From the NCBI GenBank assembly GCA_049472195.1, contig JBLIRG010000026.1, positions 1 through 40,010 of the forward strand: 40,010 bases of DNA. The letters run 5' to 3'. Below are positions 26,360 through 35,013 of this stretch, piece by piece. This DNA comes from Thermoplasmatota archaeon. GTDB taxonomy: Archaea > Thermoplasmatota > Penumbrarchaeia > Penumbrarchaeales > Penumbrarchaeaceae. The first letter of the stretch is position 1. The number at the start of each line of letters is the position of its first letter. The notes below the pieces were generated by a model. The model ran no database searches, was not told where the DNA came from, and saw only the letters and a program-made list of their open reading frames with translations. The translations under genes were made by a program, and so were the position numbers.

Positions 26360-27190
26360 ATGAGATCGCTCGCATTAATCTCCATACTGATATCCGCAGT
26401 TGTTCTGACCTTCCCGGCCGCGGCTGCGGGGATCGGGGGGGAGGAGGATATCCTTCAGGAGGAGGGTGTGGTATACACCGAGACCAAGAACCTGTCCCGC
26501 CCCAACAGGATCGCGGTGATCGAGGTGGAGGGTTACGGAACGATCAGGATCGAGCTTTACGATAACATGACCCCTATAACAACCCAGAACTTCGTGGACC
26601 TCGCGAACCGGGGATTCTACGACGGGATCAAGTTCCACCGGTGCATAGACGATTTCGTGGCCCAGACCGGAGATCCGAACACGAAGAACATGAATCCCTA
26701 CGACGACGGCTCTGGTGGATCCGGGACCACGATACCTCTTGAGATCAATTACAACGCCACCCATATTGACGGGGCGGTCGGAATGGCCAGATCTACCGAA
26801 CCGGATTCCGCCTCGTCCCAGTTCTACATCTGCGACGGGCCCCAGCACGGACTGGATGACGAGGTGAGGATGGACAGCAGCGGATCCCACGGATACGCGG
26901 TTTTCGGCGTGGTCGTGGCCGGATTGGACATTGCAAAGAGGATCGCAGGGACGGAGACCTACGGCAATACAAGGCCGCTTCTGAAGGATCACCCGGTCGA
27001 CGACATAGTGATGACCCGCGTGACCATCGAGGATGGGGATTGGTCGAACTTCACCGGACCGGACAAATCAGAGGACGGGGATTCCTCCGGATCAAAATCG
27101 GACGCCCCGGCTCCGGGATTGATCCTTGCTGCGGGAACCGTTCTCCTTATCCTGGTTGTCTCGGGCGGGAGAAGAAAGCGCCGTCCCTAA
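26360..27190 (+). CDS. Secreted cyclophilin-type peptidyl-prolyl cis-trans isomerase with C-terminal Pro-Gly-hydrophobic-basic sorting or anchor segment
   Basis: Signal peptide MRSLALISILISAVVLTFPAAAAG. Cyclophilin motifs GTIRIELYDNMTPITTQNFVDLA, GFYDGIKFHRCIDDFVAQTGDP, GAVGMAR. C-terminus PAPGLILAAGTVLLILVVSGGRRKRRP. Confidence 0.85.
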   Translation: MRSLALISILISAVVLTFPAAAAGIGGEEDILQEEGVVYTETKNLSRPNRIAVIEVEGYGTIRIELYDNMTPITTQNFVDLANRGFYDGIKFHRCIDDFVAQTGDPNTKNMNPYDDGSGGSGTTIPLEINYNATHIDGAVGMARSTEPDSASSQFYICDGPQHGLDDEVRMDSSGSHGYAVFGVVVAGLDIAKRIAGTETYGNTRPLLKDHPVDDIVMTRVTIEDGDWSNFTGPDKSEDGDSSGSKSDAPAPGLILAAGTVLLILVVSGGRRKRRP

Positions 27191-28404
27191 TCGCATACAG
27201 AATTTCTGAGGTATAGGACCTTTGTGGCGATGACCTGGGATAGATTCCTGATCCTCTCGGCGGCCTGGTTTATCCCGAAGAGCAATTCTATCGCCTCGAT
27301 GCAGGATGCCCTGGAGAATATCTCCACCTCCAATTCCCCTGTATTGGATGCCTTCCTCTCAATCTTCCTGGTAAGCTCGATCTGGAAATTTCTCTGGGGA
27401 TTGGACCTGGTCTCCTTCTCCAGCCGGTGCCTCCTAATGATATCGAGGGAGCCGGACAGGTCGTCACCGCCTTTCTCGATCAGATCGAGGGACTCCCTCA
27501 GCACCGAAAGCGAAGGGGAGAGGGATGTCCTCCATAGGGAGACGAATTCGTCCCACAGGAGGATCTCAATGTCATCATCGGAGCAGGATAGTGAATCGGA
27601 CAGCCTGTATGATGTATCCACCACATACTGGATCTCGTCGAAGGCCCTCTCGCAGGCCTGTATTATCAGGAAATGACCCGCCATCTCGACCTGGGGCAGA
27701 TCCCAGAGCACGTTCAGGGACTGGGTATACAGGGAGTCCATCCTCACCTCGTTCATGTTAACGGAGTATCTGATGTCATCCAGTTTTCTCCTCGATTGTT
27801 CCAGCCCGAGATCGAAAACGGATTCGGTAAAATCCTGGAGGACGGAAATTGTACCACCCAGCAGTTCTGCCGACAGCTTCACGATCTGCTCGTTGCTGTG
27901 CTTGGGAAAAATGAAGGTGCAGCGGTAATTATCGGGTCCGCTCGAGTAGACATATCCCAGTTCCCCCGCCAGCCCCTCCAGATCCTCCCTGAGGCAGATG
28001 TCCAGGTCCGGATCCTCGGGTTTGGGTATGTCGATGTTGACGTACCTGTCGGTAAGAGAGAGGGATACGAGCATCTCCTGAAGCTCCTCCACGTTGGAGG
28101 ACATTCCCTTCTCCGCCGAGACCCGATTCTTGCTGTACCAGGGGAGTGAACTGATATCGAGAATCCGGTGAACGTATTCGGAGGTCCTCATCTCCTCGTG
28201 CCTGATCTCCGGGGAGTATACCACGAAGCTCCTTTTATTTATAGGTTTGAAAATTACGGAATCATCATACCACCCGAAGGTCCTCCGGTAGATTATCGGA
28301 ATGTTCATAGTTGAGAACTGGCTGCCTTTGAGAGAGATCAACCTCTCCTTCATCGCCTCGCCCACATTGGGCTTTACCGGCTGTTTACCCCTTCGCTTCT
28401 TCAT
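27187..28404 (-). CDS. Hypothetical cytoplasmic protein (405 aa), no recognisable motif
   Basis: Long ORF with protein-like composition. Divergently arranged with the flotillin-like gene. 4-nt 3' overlap with the cyclophilin gene. Confidence 0.5.
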   Translation of the reverse strand: MKKRRGKQPVKPNVGEAMKERLISLKGSQFSTMNIPIIYRRTFGWYDDSVIFKPINKRSFVVYSPEIRHEEMRTSEYVHRILDISSLPWYSKNRVSAEKGMSSNVEELQEMLVSLSLTDRYVNIDIPKPEDPDLDICLREDLEGLAGELGYVYSSGPDNYRCTFIFPKHSNEQIVKLSAELLGGTISVLQDFTESVFDLGLEQSRRKLDDIRYSVNMNEVRMDSLYTQSLNVLWDLPQVEMAGHFLIIQACERAFDEIQYVVDTSYRLSDSLSCSDDDIEILLWDEFVSLWRTSLSPSLSVLRESLDLIEKGGDDLSGSLDIIRRHRLEKETRSNPQRNFQIELTRKIERKASNTGELEVEIFSRASCIEAIELLFGINQAAERIRNLSQVIATKVLYLRNSVCD

Positions 28405-28649
28405 CGGGACCCACTCCCGGGTTTATCTGTATATTATTATATAAATTCCTTTAAATAACGGCCTGCTTTCGAAGGGGTGTTTCGGATTCGTTAATGAATT
28501 GGCAGTGTGATCAATACGGAAATTACCGTATACTTTCATTTTTTATGCATATTTATAATTTAATATTCTTATATTTTTCTAAAATGAATATATAATCCTT
28601 CATTCCATTGTCAAATGCGGGATATCGATCCCGCGGGAGGTAAGGAGAG

Positions 28650-30635
28650 ATGGAACTTGCATTGTTGATACTGCTGTTCCTCGGATCGATACTATCATTG
28701 GTCACGGTCGGAGGAGCAGGATCGTTGTGGCTGTTCGGCTTCAGGTTGATTCCTAACAACAAATGTGCCGTGGTGGAGATGAGATGGTCCGGCAAGGGAT
28801 CACTCAAGGACAGGATAATCGCCCTCGGAGGCGAGGCCGGTTTCCAGCCGGAGGTCCTCAGGGGCGGAATACATTTCAGGAGCCCCCTGAAGTACAAAAT
28901 TCACAGGATCCCCCTGGTGACCGTGCCTCAGGGACAGATGGGATACGTATTCGCAAGGGACGGACTGTCCCTCGAGCCCAAACAGACCCTCGGGAGGATC
29001 GTTAACGAGGGAAGCAACTTCCAGTCTGTCACGGGCTTTCTCAAGCATGGCGGACAGCGGGGACCCCAGAGGGGCATCCTGAGGGAGGGAACCTATGCGA
29101 TCAACCTGGCCCAGTTCGTGATCATCCTCGAGGACGATCTGTACTACATGCCGATCGACCGCGAGGATGCGAGGACGTTCACCAAGATGTCGAACCTTAT
29201 CAGGATCAGGAACGGATTCAGACCTGTGGTGATCACGGGAAAGGACGACACCATGGGAATCGTTACGGTTCATGATGGTCCATCGCTAAGCCCCGGAGAG
29301 ATAATCGCCCCCCAGGTCGGAGATGACGAGCCGAAGAGCAGGTACAATCACAACAACTACCAGGAGCCCGAGAAGTTCCTGGAATCCGGCGGAAGGAGGG
29401 GAAAACAGTACCAGGTCCTTGTGGACGGCACCTATTTCATCAACAGGCTCTTCGCGACCGTTGAGATCATACCAAAAACGGTGGTGAACGTGGGGTATGT
29501 TGGAGTCGTTGTATCATATTACGGGAAGAGAGGGCACGATGCCTCAGGCGAGGATTACAAGCACGGGGAGCTCGTTTCCGTCGGGAGCAAGGGCGTATGG
29601 AAGGATCCGCTCATGCCCGGCAAATATCCCTTCAACGTCTACGCCGGAAGGGTGATCGCCGTTCCCACCACGAACATAGTCCTCAAATGGAAGAGGAACG
29701 AGATCGGAAATCACAAGCTGGACGAGAACCTCAGCGCCGTGGACCTGATCTCGAAGGATGCCTTCGAACCCGAACTCCCGCTTTCCGTGGTCATCCATAT
29801 CGACTACAGGAAGGCGCCTCTGGTCATACAGAGGTTCGGCGACATTAAGAAACTGGTGGATCAGACCCTGGATCCCATGGTAGCTGCCTATTTCAAGAAC
29901 ATCGGACAGACAAAGACCCTTATCCAGCTCATTCAAGAAAGATCGGAGATACAGCAGATGGCTTCCACCGACATGAAGGAGAAGTTCGCCCACTACGACC
30001 TGGAGCTCGAGGAAGTTCTCATCGGGACCCCCACATCATCCCAGTCCGACGGCAGGATAGAGAGCATTCTCGTCCAGCTCAGGGATCGTCAGATAGCGAC
30101 CGAACAGATCCGAACATACGAGAAGCAGGAAATGGCCGCCGTGAAGGAGAGGGAGCTCAACGAGGCGAGGGCAAAGGCCCTTCAGCAGGAATCCCTTACC
30201 AGATCGGAGATCAACATCGATATTCAGAGAAATGAGGGGACCGCGGAGTACGAGAGATCCCTCCAGGAGGCTTCGAAGATCAAGGCTATCGCTCATGCGA
30301 ATGCGGAGAAGGAGGCCAGAATGGGCATTGCTCGGGCAATCGCCACCGAGGAGCAGGTTAGAGCATACGGCGGGCCGAGATACCAGGTCATCCAGCAGAC
30401 GATGGAGAAGTTCGCAAAGGCCGTGGAGAGGTCCAAGGTCGACATCGTTCCGAGAATGATGATCAACAACAGGGAGGGAGAGGGCGGGGGAACCGCTTTC
30501 GAAGCGCTTCTGTCGGTCCTCCTGTCCAAGGAGATCGGAATCGATCTCAGGGACGAATCGGACAGGAGCGAGGAGGCTGAGAGGATCAGAAAAATGATAC
30601 TGAAATCCCTCTCCGAGGGAGAGGCTGAAACCTGA
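28650..30635 (+). CDS. Flotillin/SPFH (band 7) family membrane protein with C-terminal coiled-coil EA-rich region
   Basis: N-terminal TM LALLILLFLGSILSLVTVGG. SPFH-like core ending ...HYDLELEEVLIGTP. Then a long heptad or Ala/Glu-rich region (KERELNEARAKALQQESLTRSEINIDIQRNEGTAEYERSLQEASKIKAIAHANAEKEARMGIARAIATEEQ). Internal duplicate LREGTYAINLAQFVIIL / LVDGTYFINRLFATVEI. GGGAGGTAAGGAG Shine-Dalgarno. Confidence 0.6.
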   Translation: MELALLILLFLGSILSLVTVGGAGSLWLFGFRLIPNNKCAVVEMRWSGKGSLKDRIIALGGEAGFQPEVLRGGIHFRSPLKYKIHRIPLVTVPQGQMGYVFARDGLSLEPKQTLGRIVNEGSNFQSVTGFLKHGGQRGPQRGILREGTYAINLAQFVIILEDDLYYMPIDREDARTFTKMSNLIRIRNGFRPVVITGKDDTMGIVTVHDGPSLSPGEIIAPQVGDDEPKSRYNHNNYQEPEKFLESGGRRGKQYQVLVDGTYFINRLFATVEIIPKTVVNVGYVGVVVSYYGKRGHDASGEDYKHGELVSVGSKGVWKDPLMPGKYPFNVYAGRVIAVPTTNIVLKWKRNEIGNHKLDENLSAVDLISKDAFEPELPLSVVIHIDYRKAPLVIQRFGDIKKLVDQTLDPMVAAYFKNIGQTKTLIQLIQERSEIQQMASTDMKEKFAHYDLELEEVLIGTPTSSQSDGRIESILVQLRDRQIATEQIRTYEKQEMAAVKERELNEARAKALQQESLTRSEINIDIQRNEGTAEYERSLQEASKIKAIAHANAEKEARMGIARAIATEEQVRAYGGPRYQVIQQTMEKFAKAVERSKVDIVPRMMINNREGEGGGTAFEALLSVLLSKEIGIDLRDESDRSEEAERIRKMILKSLSEGEAET

Positions 30636-30925
30636 TCCTCTCCCTCATTTTCATTTTTTTCCAGCGATCGGCCGATATGAGATCGGAAGTGGGGGGTTTG
30701 CCATTCTCTTTATATACGGTGTAACGGATAAAATGCGATATATTGTAAATATTATGAAAATTACTGAAAAAAAATATCATATAATCCATTAATAACCCTT
30801 ATATACATATTTTCCATTAGGCCGTTCCGGGTGGCTTGAAATGAGCCTCGGAAATCGGGAGAAGCATAAAGGGAGATCGAAAACCCGCCCGTATTCCTAC
30901 CCCCCTCATTGTGGAGCCTGCCCCG

Positions 30926-31054
30926 ATGATGAAAATCAATGCGGTGCACCGTATGCTCGATCTCTTCATCTGCCCCGAACGCGGATGTCACTGGCACGGA
31001 CCGGATGAAGAAGACGCGAGGAATATCCAACCTGAGGACAGCGAGGACTGGTAA
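30926..31054 (+). CDS. Small ORF (42 aa) homologous to the C-terminal part of the 8-Cys zinc-ribbon domain (fragment or mini-protein), immediately upstream of NfnA-like gene
   Basis: MMKINAVHRMLDLFICPERGCHWHGPDEEDARNIQPEDSEDW aligns with KIHIEAMHHKLDFFFCSKRGCRWHGLDYENITDIVLEDSNEW (C-terminus of 33958..34380) and with ...LIPFFICLRYGCGWHGL of the NfnB N-terminal domain. TAA stop at 31052-31054, 1 nt before the GTG of the next gene. Confidence 0.45.
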   Translation: MMKINAVHRMLDLFICPERGCHWHGPDEEDARNIQPEDSEDW

Positions 31055-31055
31055 C

Positions 31056-31892
31056 GTGTACGAGATCATAAGGAAAGAGGAGATGGCGAACGGGTCCGTC
31101 ATCCGCTTCGATATAAGGGCTCCCAATATAGCTGACAAGATCAAACCGGGGCAGTTCGTGATAATCAGAACCCATGAGGGAGGGGAAAGGATACCTCTGA
31201 CCGTGGCCGATAAGGACAGCGAGAGGGGGACCATTGCCATAATATTTCAGGTGGTCGGAAAGACCACCGCTCTGATGAGATCACTTGACAGGGGGGATGG
31301 CCTCAGGGATGTGGCGGGACCTCTCGGACTGCCGTCCGACCTCAAGAACGTGGGGACCGCGGTTGTGGTCGGCGGTGGAACGGGGGTGGCAATCCTGCAC
31401 CATATCACGAAGGGCCTCCGAGAGTCCGGGAACAGGATAGTGGGGATCATAGGAGCCAAGAGCAGCGATTTCCTGATCCTGAAGGATGAGATGGAGGATC
31501 TCTGCGACGAGCTCATCATTACTACCGATGACGGAAGCGTGGGGATTCACGGATTCGTCACTCAGCCGCTGGAAGAACTGCTTAAAAGCGGCGAAGAGAT
31601 CAATGAGGTGTTTGCAATTGGGCCCATCGTGATGATGAAGAACGTCGCATCGCTTACGAAGCCCTACGGGATCAAAACGGTGGTCAGCCTGAACCCGGTC
31701 ATGATCGACGGTACCGGGATGTGCGGGTGCTGCAGGGTAATAATAGACGGAAAGATGAAATTCTGCTGCGTTGACGGGCCGGAATTCGACGGCCATACGG
31801 TGGATTTCGAGAAGCTGATGCTCAGAAATTCCATGTTTCAGAACGAGGAGAGGGAATCCATTCTTTCATCCATTTCACTGAGGGGGCACTGA
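31056..31892 (+). CDS. NfnA/SudB-like subunit (FAD/NAD(P)-binding ferredoxin-NADP reductase-like with [2Fe-2S]); PyrK-like fold
   Basis: GTG start 31056 (VYEIIRKEEMANGSVIRFDIRAP..., PyrK/NfnA-like N-terminus). C-terminal GTGMCGCCRV...KFCCVDGPEFDGH cluster motif. The longer ORF from 30939 overlaps the upstream small ORF in another frame. Confidence 0.75.
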   Translation: MYEIIRKEEMANGSVIRFDIRAPNIADKIKPGQFVIIRTHEGGERIPLTVADKDSERGTIAIIFQVVGKTTALMRSLDRGDGLRDVAGPLGLPSDLKNVGTAVVVGGGTGVAILHHITKGLRESGNRIVGIIGAKSSDFLILKDEMEDLCDELIITTDDGSVGIHGFVTQPLEELLKSGEEINEVFAIGPIVMMKNVASLTKPYGIKTVVSLNPVMIDGTGMCGCCRVIIDGKMKFCCVDGPEFDGHTVDFEKLMLRNSMFQNEERESILSSISLRGH

Positions 31893-33676
31893 TGTCCGAA
31901 ACAGATGTTCACTACATGATGTTCAGGTCGCACCTGAGCACCTATTGCCCGCACTGCCGCCAGACCTTCAACGTCAAGATCAAGGGGGAGGAACACCTGC
32001 ACTTCAAGGGTGTTTTCAAGGGAAAGGAGGTCGATATCAAGCTCAGCCCGTACCTGGATGTGTTCGAGAAGGAGACATCCGTTCCCATGGACGAACAGGA
32101 CGTCTTATCCGACATGTTCTGTCCCAAATGCAAGAACAGCCTCCTCATCGGGAACAAGAAATGCGAGGAATGCGGATCGCCGGCGGGGGAGCTGATATTG
32201 TCCGCATTCTCGAAACTGATCCCTTTCTTCATCTGTTTGAGGTATGGATGCGGATGGCACGGGCTGACAAAGGCGGACGAGCACAGCATAAAGCTCAAGA
32301 TCCCAAGACAGGATATGCCGGAGCAGGACCACAAGCTGAGGGTCCACAACTTCAAGGAGGTTCCGCTGGGATACACCTCCAAGAAGGCCATGCTCGAGGC
32401 CGGAAGGTGCCTCCAGTGCATCAATCCCCAGTGTGTGCAGGGATGCCCGGTGAATGTCGATATTCCGGCATTCATACAGAAGATCCGGGAGGATAACTTT
32501 CTCGGGGCTGCCAAGAAGATCAAGGAGAAGAACATACTCCCTGCTGTCTGCGGAAGGGTATGCCCGCAGGAGGAGCAGTGCGAGTTGAAATGCGTCCTCG
32601 GCATACGGGATAAACCGGTTGCGATAGGAAACCTGGAGAGATTTGTAGCCGACTACGAGAGGGAGATGGGGACCAAGGATTTCCCCAAGATCAAGGATAC
32701 AAGGGAAAAAAAGGTGGCAGTGGTTGGTTCGGGACCGGGGGGCCTAACATGCGCCGCCGATCTCGTGTGGCTGGGATATGATGTCACTGTCTTCGAGGCT
32801 TTTCACGAGGCCGGCGGAGTTCTGAAATACGGCATCCCCGAGTTCAGGCTTCCGAAGGTCATCGTACAGAACGAGATCGAGTTCCTCAAGGAGATGGGGT
32901 GCAGGATCGAGCTCAACAGCGTCATTGGAAACATATACACCGTGGATGAGCTGCTCGAGAAGTTCGACGCGGTATACATCGGTGTGGGAGCTGGGCTCCC
33001 GAGGTTCATGGGACTCGAGGGGGAGGACTTCAACAATATCGTTTCGGCCAACGAGTACCTTACCAGGATCAATCTCATGAAGGCATACAAGTTCCCGGAG
33101 GTCGACACCCCTCTTCCCAGGGGAGAGAAGGTCATCGTTCTCGGAGCGGGAAACGTTGCGATGGATTCGGCCAGATCTGCTCTTCGGTCCGGAGCGAAGT
33201 CGGTAACGATAATCTACCGGAGATCACGGGACGAGATGCCGGCCAGGAACGAGGAGATCAGGCATGCGGAGGAGGAAGGTGTCAAGTTCCTGTTCCTGAC
33301 AAATCCGGTGAGGTTCCTAGGCGACAAGAAAGCCTGCGTGAAGGGTATTGAATGTCAGAGAATGAGACTGACGGAGCCTGACGAAAGCGGGCGGCGGAAA
33401 CCCATCCCCGTCGAGGGGGACAATTTCATCGTGGATGCCGATCTTGTGGTCGTATCGATCGGCGCCAATGCCAATCCCCTGGTTTTCAGGACGTCTCCCG
33501 ATATTAAGAGGAACAACTGGGGCTACATCGAGGTTGATCCCGAGACCATGGAGACATCGAAACCCTTCGTATTCGCGGGTGGAGATATTGTGACCGGATC
33601 GGCCACGGTCATACAGGCCATGGGGGCCGGAAGGAAGGCCGCAAGATCCATCCATGAGAAGCTTTCACCGGAATGA
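31892..33676 (+). CDS. NfnB/GltD-like subunit (two [4Fe-4S], FAD, NAD(P)H-binding) with an extra roughly 135-aa N-terminal 8-Cys zinc-ribbon domain
   Basis: Residues about 139-594 match NfnB/SudA/GltD (MPEQDHKLRVHNFKEVPLGYT, CLQC..PQCVQGCPVNVDIP, CGRVCPQEEQCELKC, VAVVGSGPGGLTCA, VIVLGAGNVAMD). The N-terminal 135 aa (YCPHC...CPKCK...CEEC...FFICLRYGCGWHG) is an additional domain homologous to ORF 33958..34380. 1-nt overlap with the upstream stop. Confidence 0.8.
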   Translation: MSETDVHYMMFRSHLSTYCPHCRQTFNVKIKGEEHLHFKGVFKGKEVDIKLSPYLDVFEKETSVPMDEQDVLSDMFCPKCKNSLLIGNKKCEECGSPAGELILSAFSKLIPFFICLRYGCGWHGLTKADEHSIKLKIPRQDMPEQDHKLRVHNFKEVPLGYTSKKAMLEAGRCLQCINPQCVQGCPVNVDIPAFIQKIREDNFLGAAKKIKEKNILPAVCGRVCPQEEQCELKCVLGIRDKPVAIGNLERFVADYEREMGTKDFPKIKDTREKKVAVVGSGPGGLTCAADLVWLGYDVTVFEAFHEAGGVLKYGIPEFRLPKVIVQNEIEFLKEMGCRIELNSVIGNIYTVDELLEKFDAVYIGVGAGLPRFMGLEGEDFNNIVSANEYLTRINLMKAYKFPEVDTPLPRGEKVIVLGAGNVAMDSARSALRSGAKSVTIIYRRSRDEMPARNEEIRHAEEEGVKFLFLTNPVRFLGDKKACVKGIECQRMRLTEPDESGRRKPIPVEGDNFIVDADLVVVSIGANANPLVFRTSPDIKRNNWGYIEVDPETMETSKPFVFAGGDIVTGSATVIQAMGAGRKAARSIHEKLSPE

Positions 33677-33957
33677 TATCCATGGATGTCGCCCATGATT
33701 CATGCGGTTGAATCGCTATGCTTTCGGGATGCTTCTGTTTTCAATAATCAGCGTGTTATTCAATAAATTTTAGATTATTTCATAATATTGAATGGATTGA
33801 AAACGGGGCAGAAAAACACACGGGGATTTCTCCTGCTGAAAATCTGTTAGGAGCGGATATGTCCGACTTGTCAACACTTTTAATTTATGCATTATAAAGT
33901 ATATAAATGTCAGAATTATTAAATATCCAGATTCCATATTACCCAGGGGGGCGTTCT

Positions 33958-34380
33958 ATGGGAAAAGAACATTCAGACACCTATATAATAAGATCGGGCT
34001 CGTATCTGAACACATACTGTCCCCACTGCGAGGAGGGATTGAACGAGGATCTCCATGTGACGTTCAGTATCATCAATACATACGGCGAGGAGGGGACGCT
34101 CAAGCTCAGCCCCTACCTGAACGTGTTCACCAAGGAGAGCACGGTCAGGCTCCCGGAGGATGTGAACCTCCGTGACGTTCTATGCCCAAAATGTAAAAAG
34201 AGCCTCATTTTGGATGAGAGACGGTGCACGAAATGTGATTCCCGCGTCGCAAAGATACACATTGAGGCGATGCATCACAAGCTGGATTTCTTTTTCTGCT
34301 CCAAGAGGGGATGTCGATGGCACGGGCTTGATTACGAGAACATAACCGACATCGTCCTGGAGGATTCGAATGAGTGGTGA
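33958..34380 (+). CDS. Standalone 8-Cys zinc-ribbon domain protein (about 140 aa; alternative start 33907 gives 157 aa)
   Basis: MGKEHSDTYIIRSGSYLNTYCPHCEEGL...KLSPYLNVFTKESTV...LCPKCKKSLILDERRCTKCDS...FFFCSKRGCRWHG. Motif-for-motif homologous to the NfnB N-terminal extension. GGGGGG Shine-Dalgarno 8 nt before the 33958 ATG. A TATA-like AGTATATAA sits too close to the 33907 ATG. Confidence 0.6.
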   Translation: MGKEHSDTYIIRSGSYLNTYCPHCEEGLNEDLHVTFSIINTYGEEGTLKLSPYLNVFTKESTVRLPEDVNLRDVLCPKCKKSLILDERRCTKCDSRVAKIHIEAMHHKLDFFFCSKRGCRWHGLDYENITDIVLEDSNEW

Positions 34381-34507
34381 TCGGGATTATCCCCATATGC
34401 CCGGACCGGAAACGGAACGCGGGAAAAACCACCCATGAAACGGGCATTCGAATGGGGGTCGATCCGGGAATTATTCCACATGACATCGGGAAACGGAGTG
34501 AGCGAAC

Positions 34508-35011
34508 ATGGACGAAGGACACGAGAGCAGTGATGAGCAGACATTGAAGATCATCGAAAAACACGGATCGGACATCAAGAACCTGATCCCCATCCTTCAG
34601 GAGGTCCAGGAGATATACGGTTATCTTCCGGCCCCTGCGATCACGACCATCGCGGATGAACTTCAGATATCGGAGGATGTTATCTTCGGAGTGGCCACCT
34701 TCTACACTCATTTCAAATTCACACAGCCCGGGGAGCATGTTATCAAGGCGTGCCTGGGAACAGCCTGTTTTGTCAAAGGGGCCGATAATCTGCTCGAGAT
34801 ACTGAAGGACCGGTTCGGGATAGAACCGGGAGAGACCTCGGCGGATAACAGCGTCTCACTTGAGAGGGTGGCATGTCTGGGCTGCTGTGCGCTTGCCCCG
34901 ACCATCGTGGTCGACGATGAGGTTCACGGCAACATGAGCTCGGTGAAGCTTACCAAGATAATCGACGAGCTGATGGAGGAAAAGGGCGGGGAAGAGGAAG
35001 GGGGGAACTGA
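34508..35011 (+). CDS. NuoE/HydC-like thioredoxin-fold [2Fe-2S] ferredoxin subunit
   Basis: 167 aa. Cluster motifs ACLGTAC and CLGCCALAP at NuoE-typical spacing. GGAGTGA Shine-Dalgarno. Confidence 0.8.
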   Translation: MDEGHESSDEQTLKIIEKHGSDIKNLIPILQEVQEIYGYLPAPAITTIADELQISEDVIFGVATFYTHFKFTQPGEHVIKACLGTACFVKGADNLLEILKDRFGIEPGETSADNSVSLERVACLGCCALAPTIVVDDEVHGNMSSVKLTKIIDELMEEKGGEEEGGN

Positions 35012-35013
35012 TA

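Noticed and set aside
30939-31055. N-terminal extension of the NfnA-like ORF from the ORF-finder start
   Set aside because: It overlaps the conserved zinc-ribbon fragment ORF in another frame and lacks an ATG. The GTG at 31056 gives the family-typical VYEIIRKEE N-terminus.
31942-32604. 220-aa minus-strand ORF and other antisense ORFs across the NfnB/NuoF/NuoG-like genes (for example 35215..35910, 35980..36579, 36669..37565)
   Set aside because: They overlap well-supported Fe-S flavoprotein genes on the opposite strand and show no motifs.
33907-33957. Earlier ATG start for the standalone zinc-ribbon protein
   Set aside because: The TATA-like box AGTATATAA abuts this ATG, which leaves no room for a transcript start. 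The Met at 33958 has a GGGGGG Shine-Dalgarno and aligns with the start of the homologous NfnB N-terminal domain.
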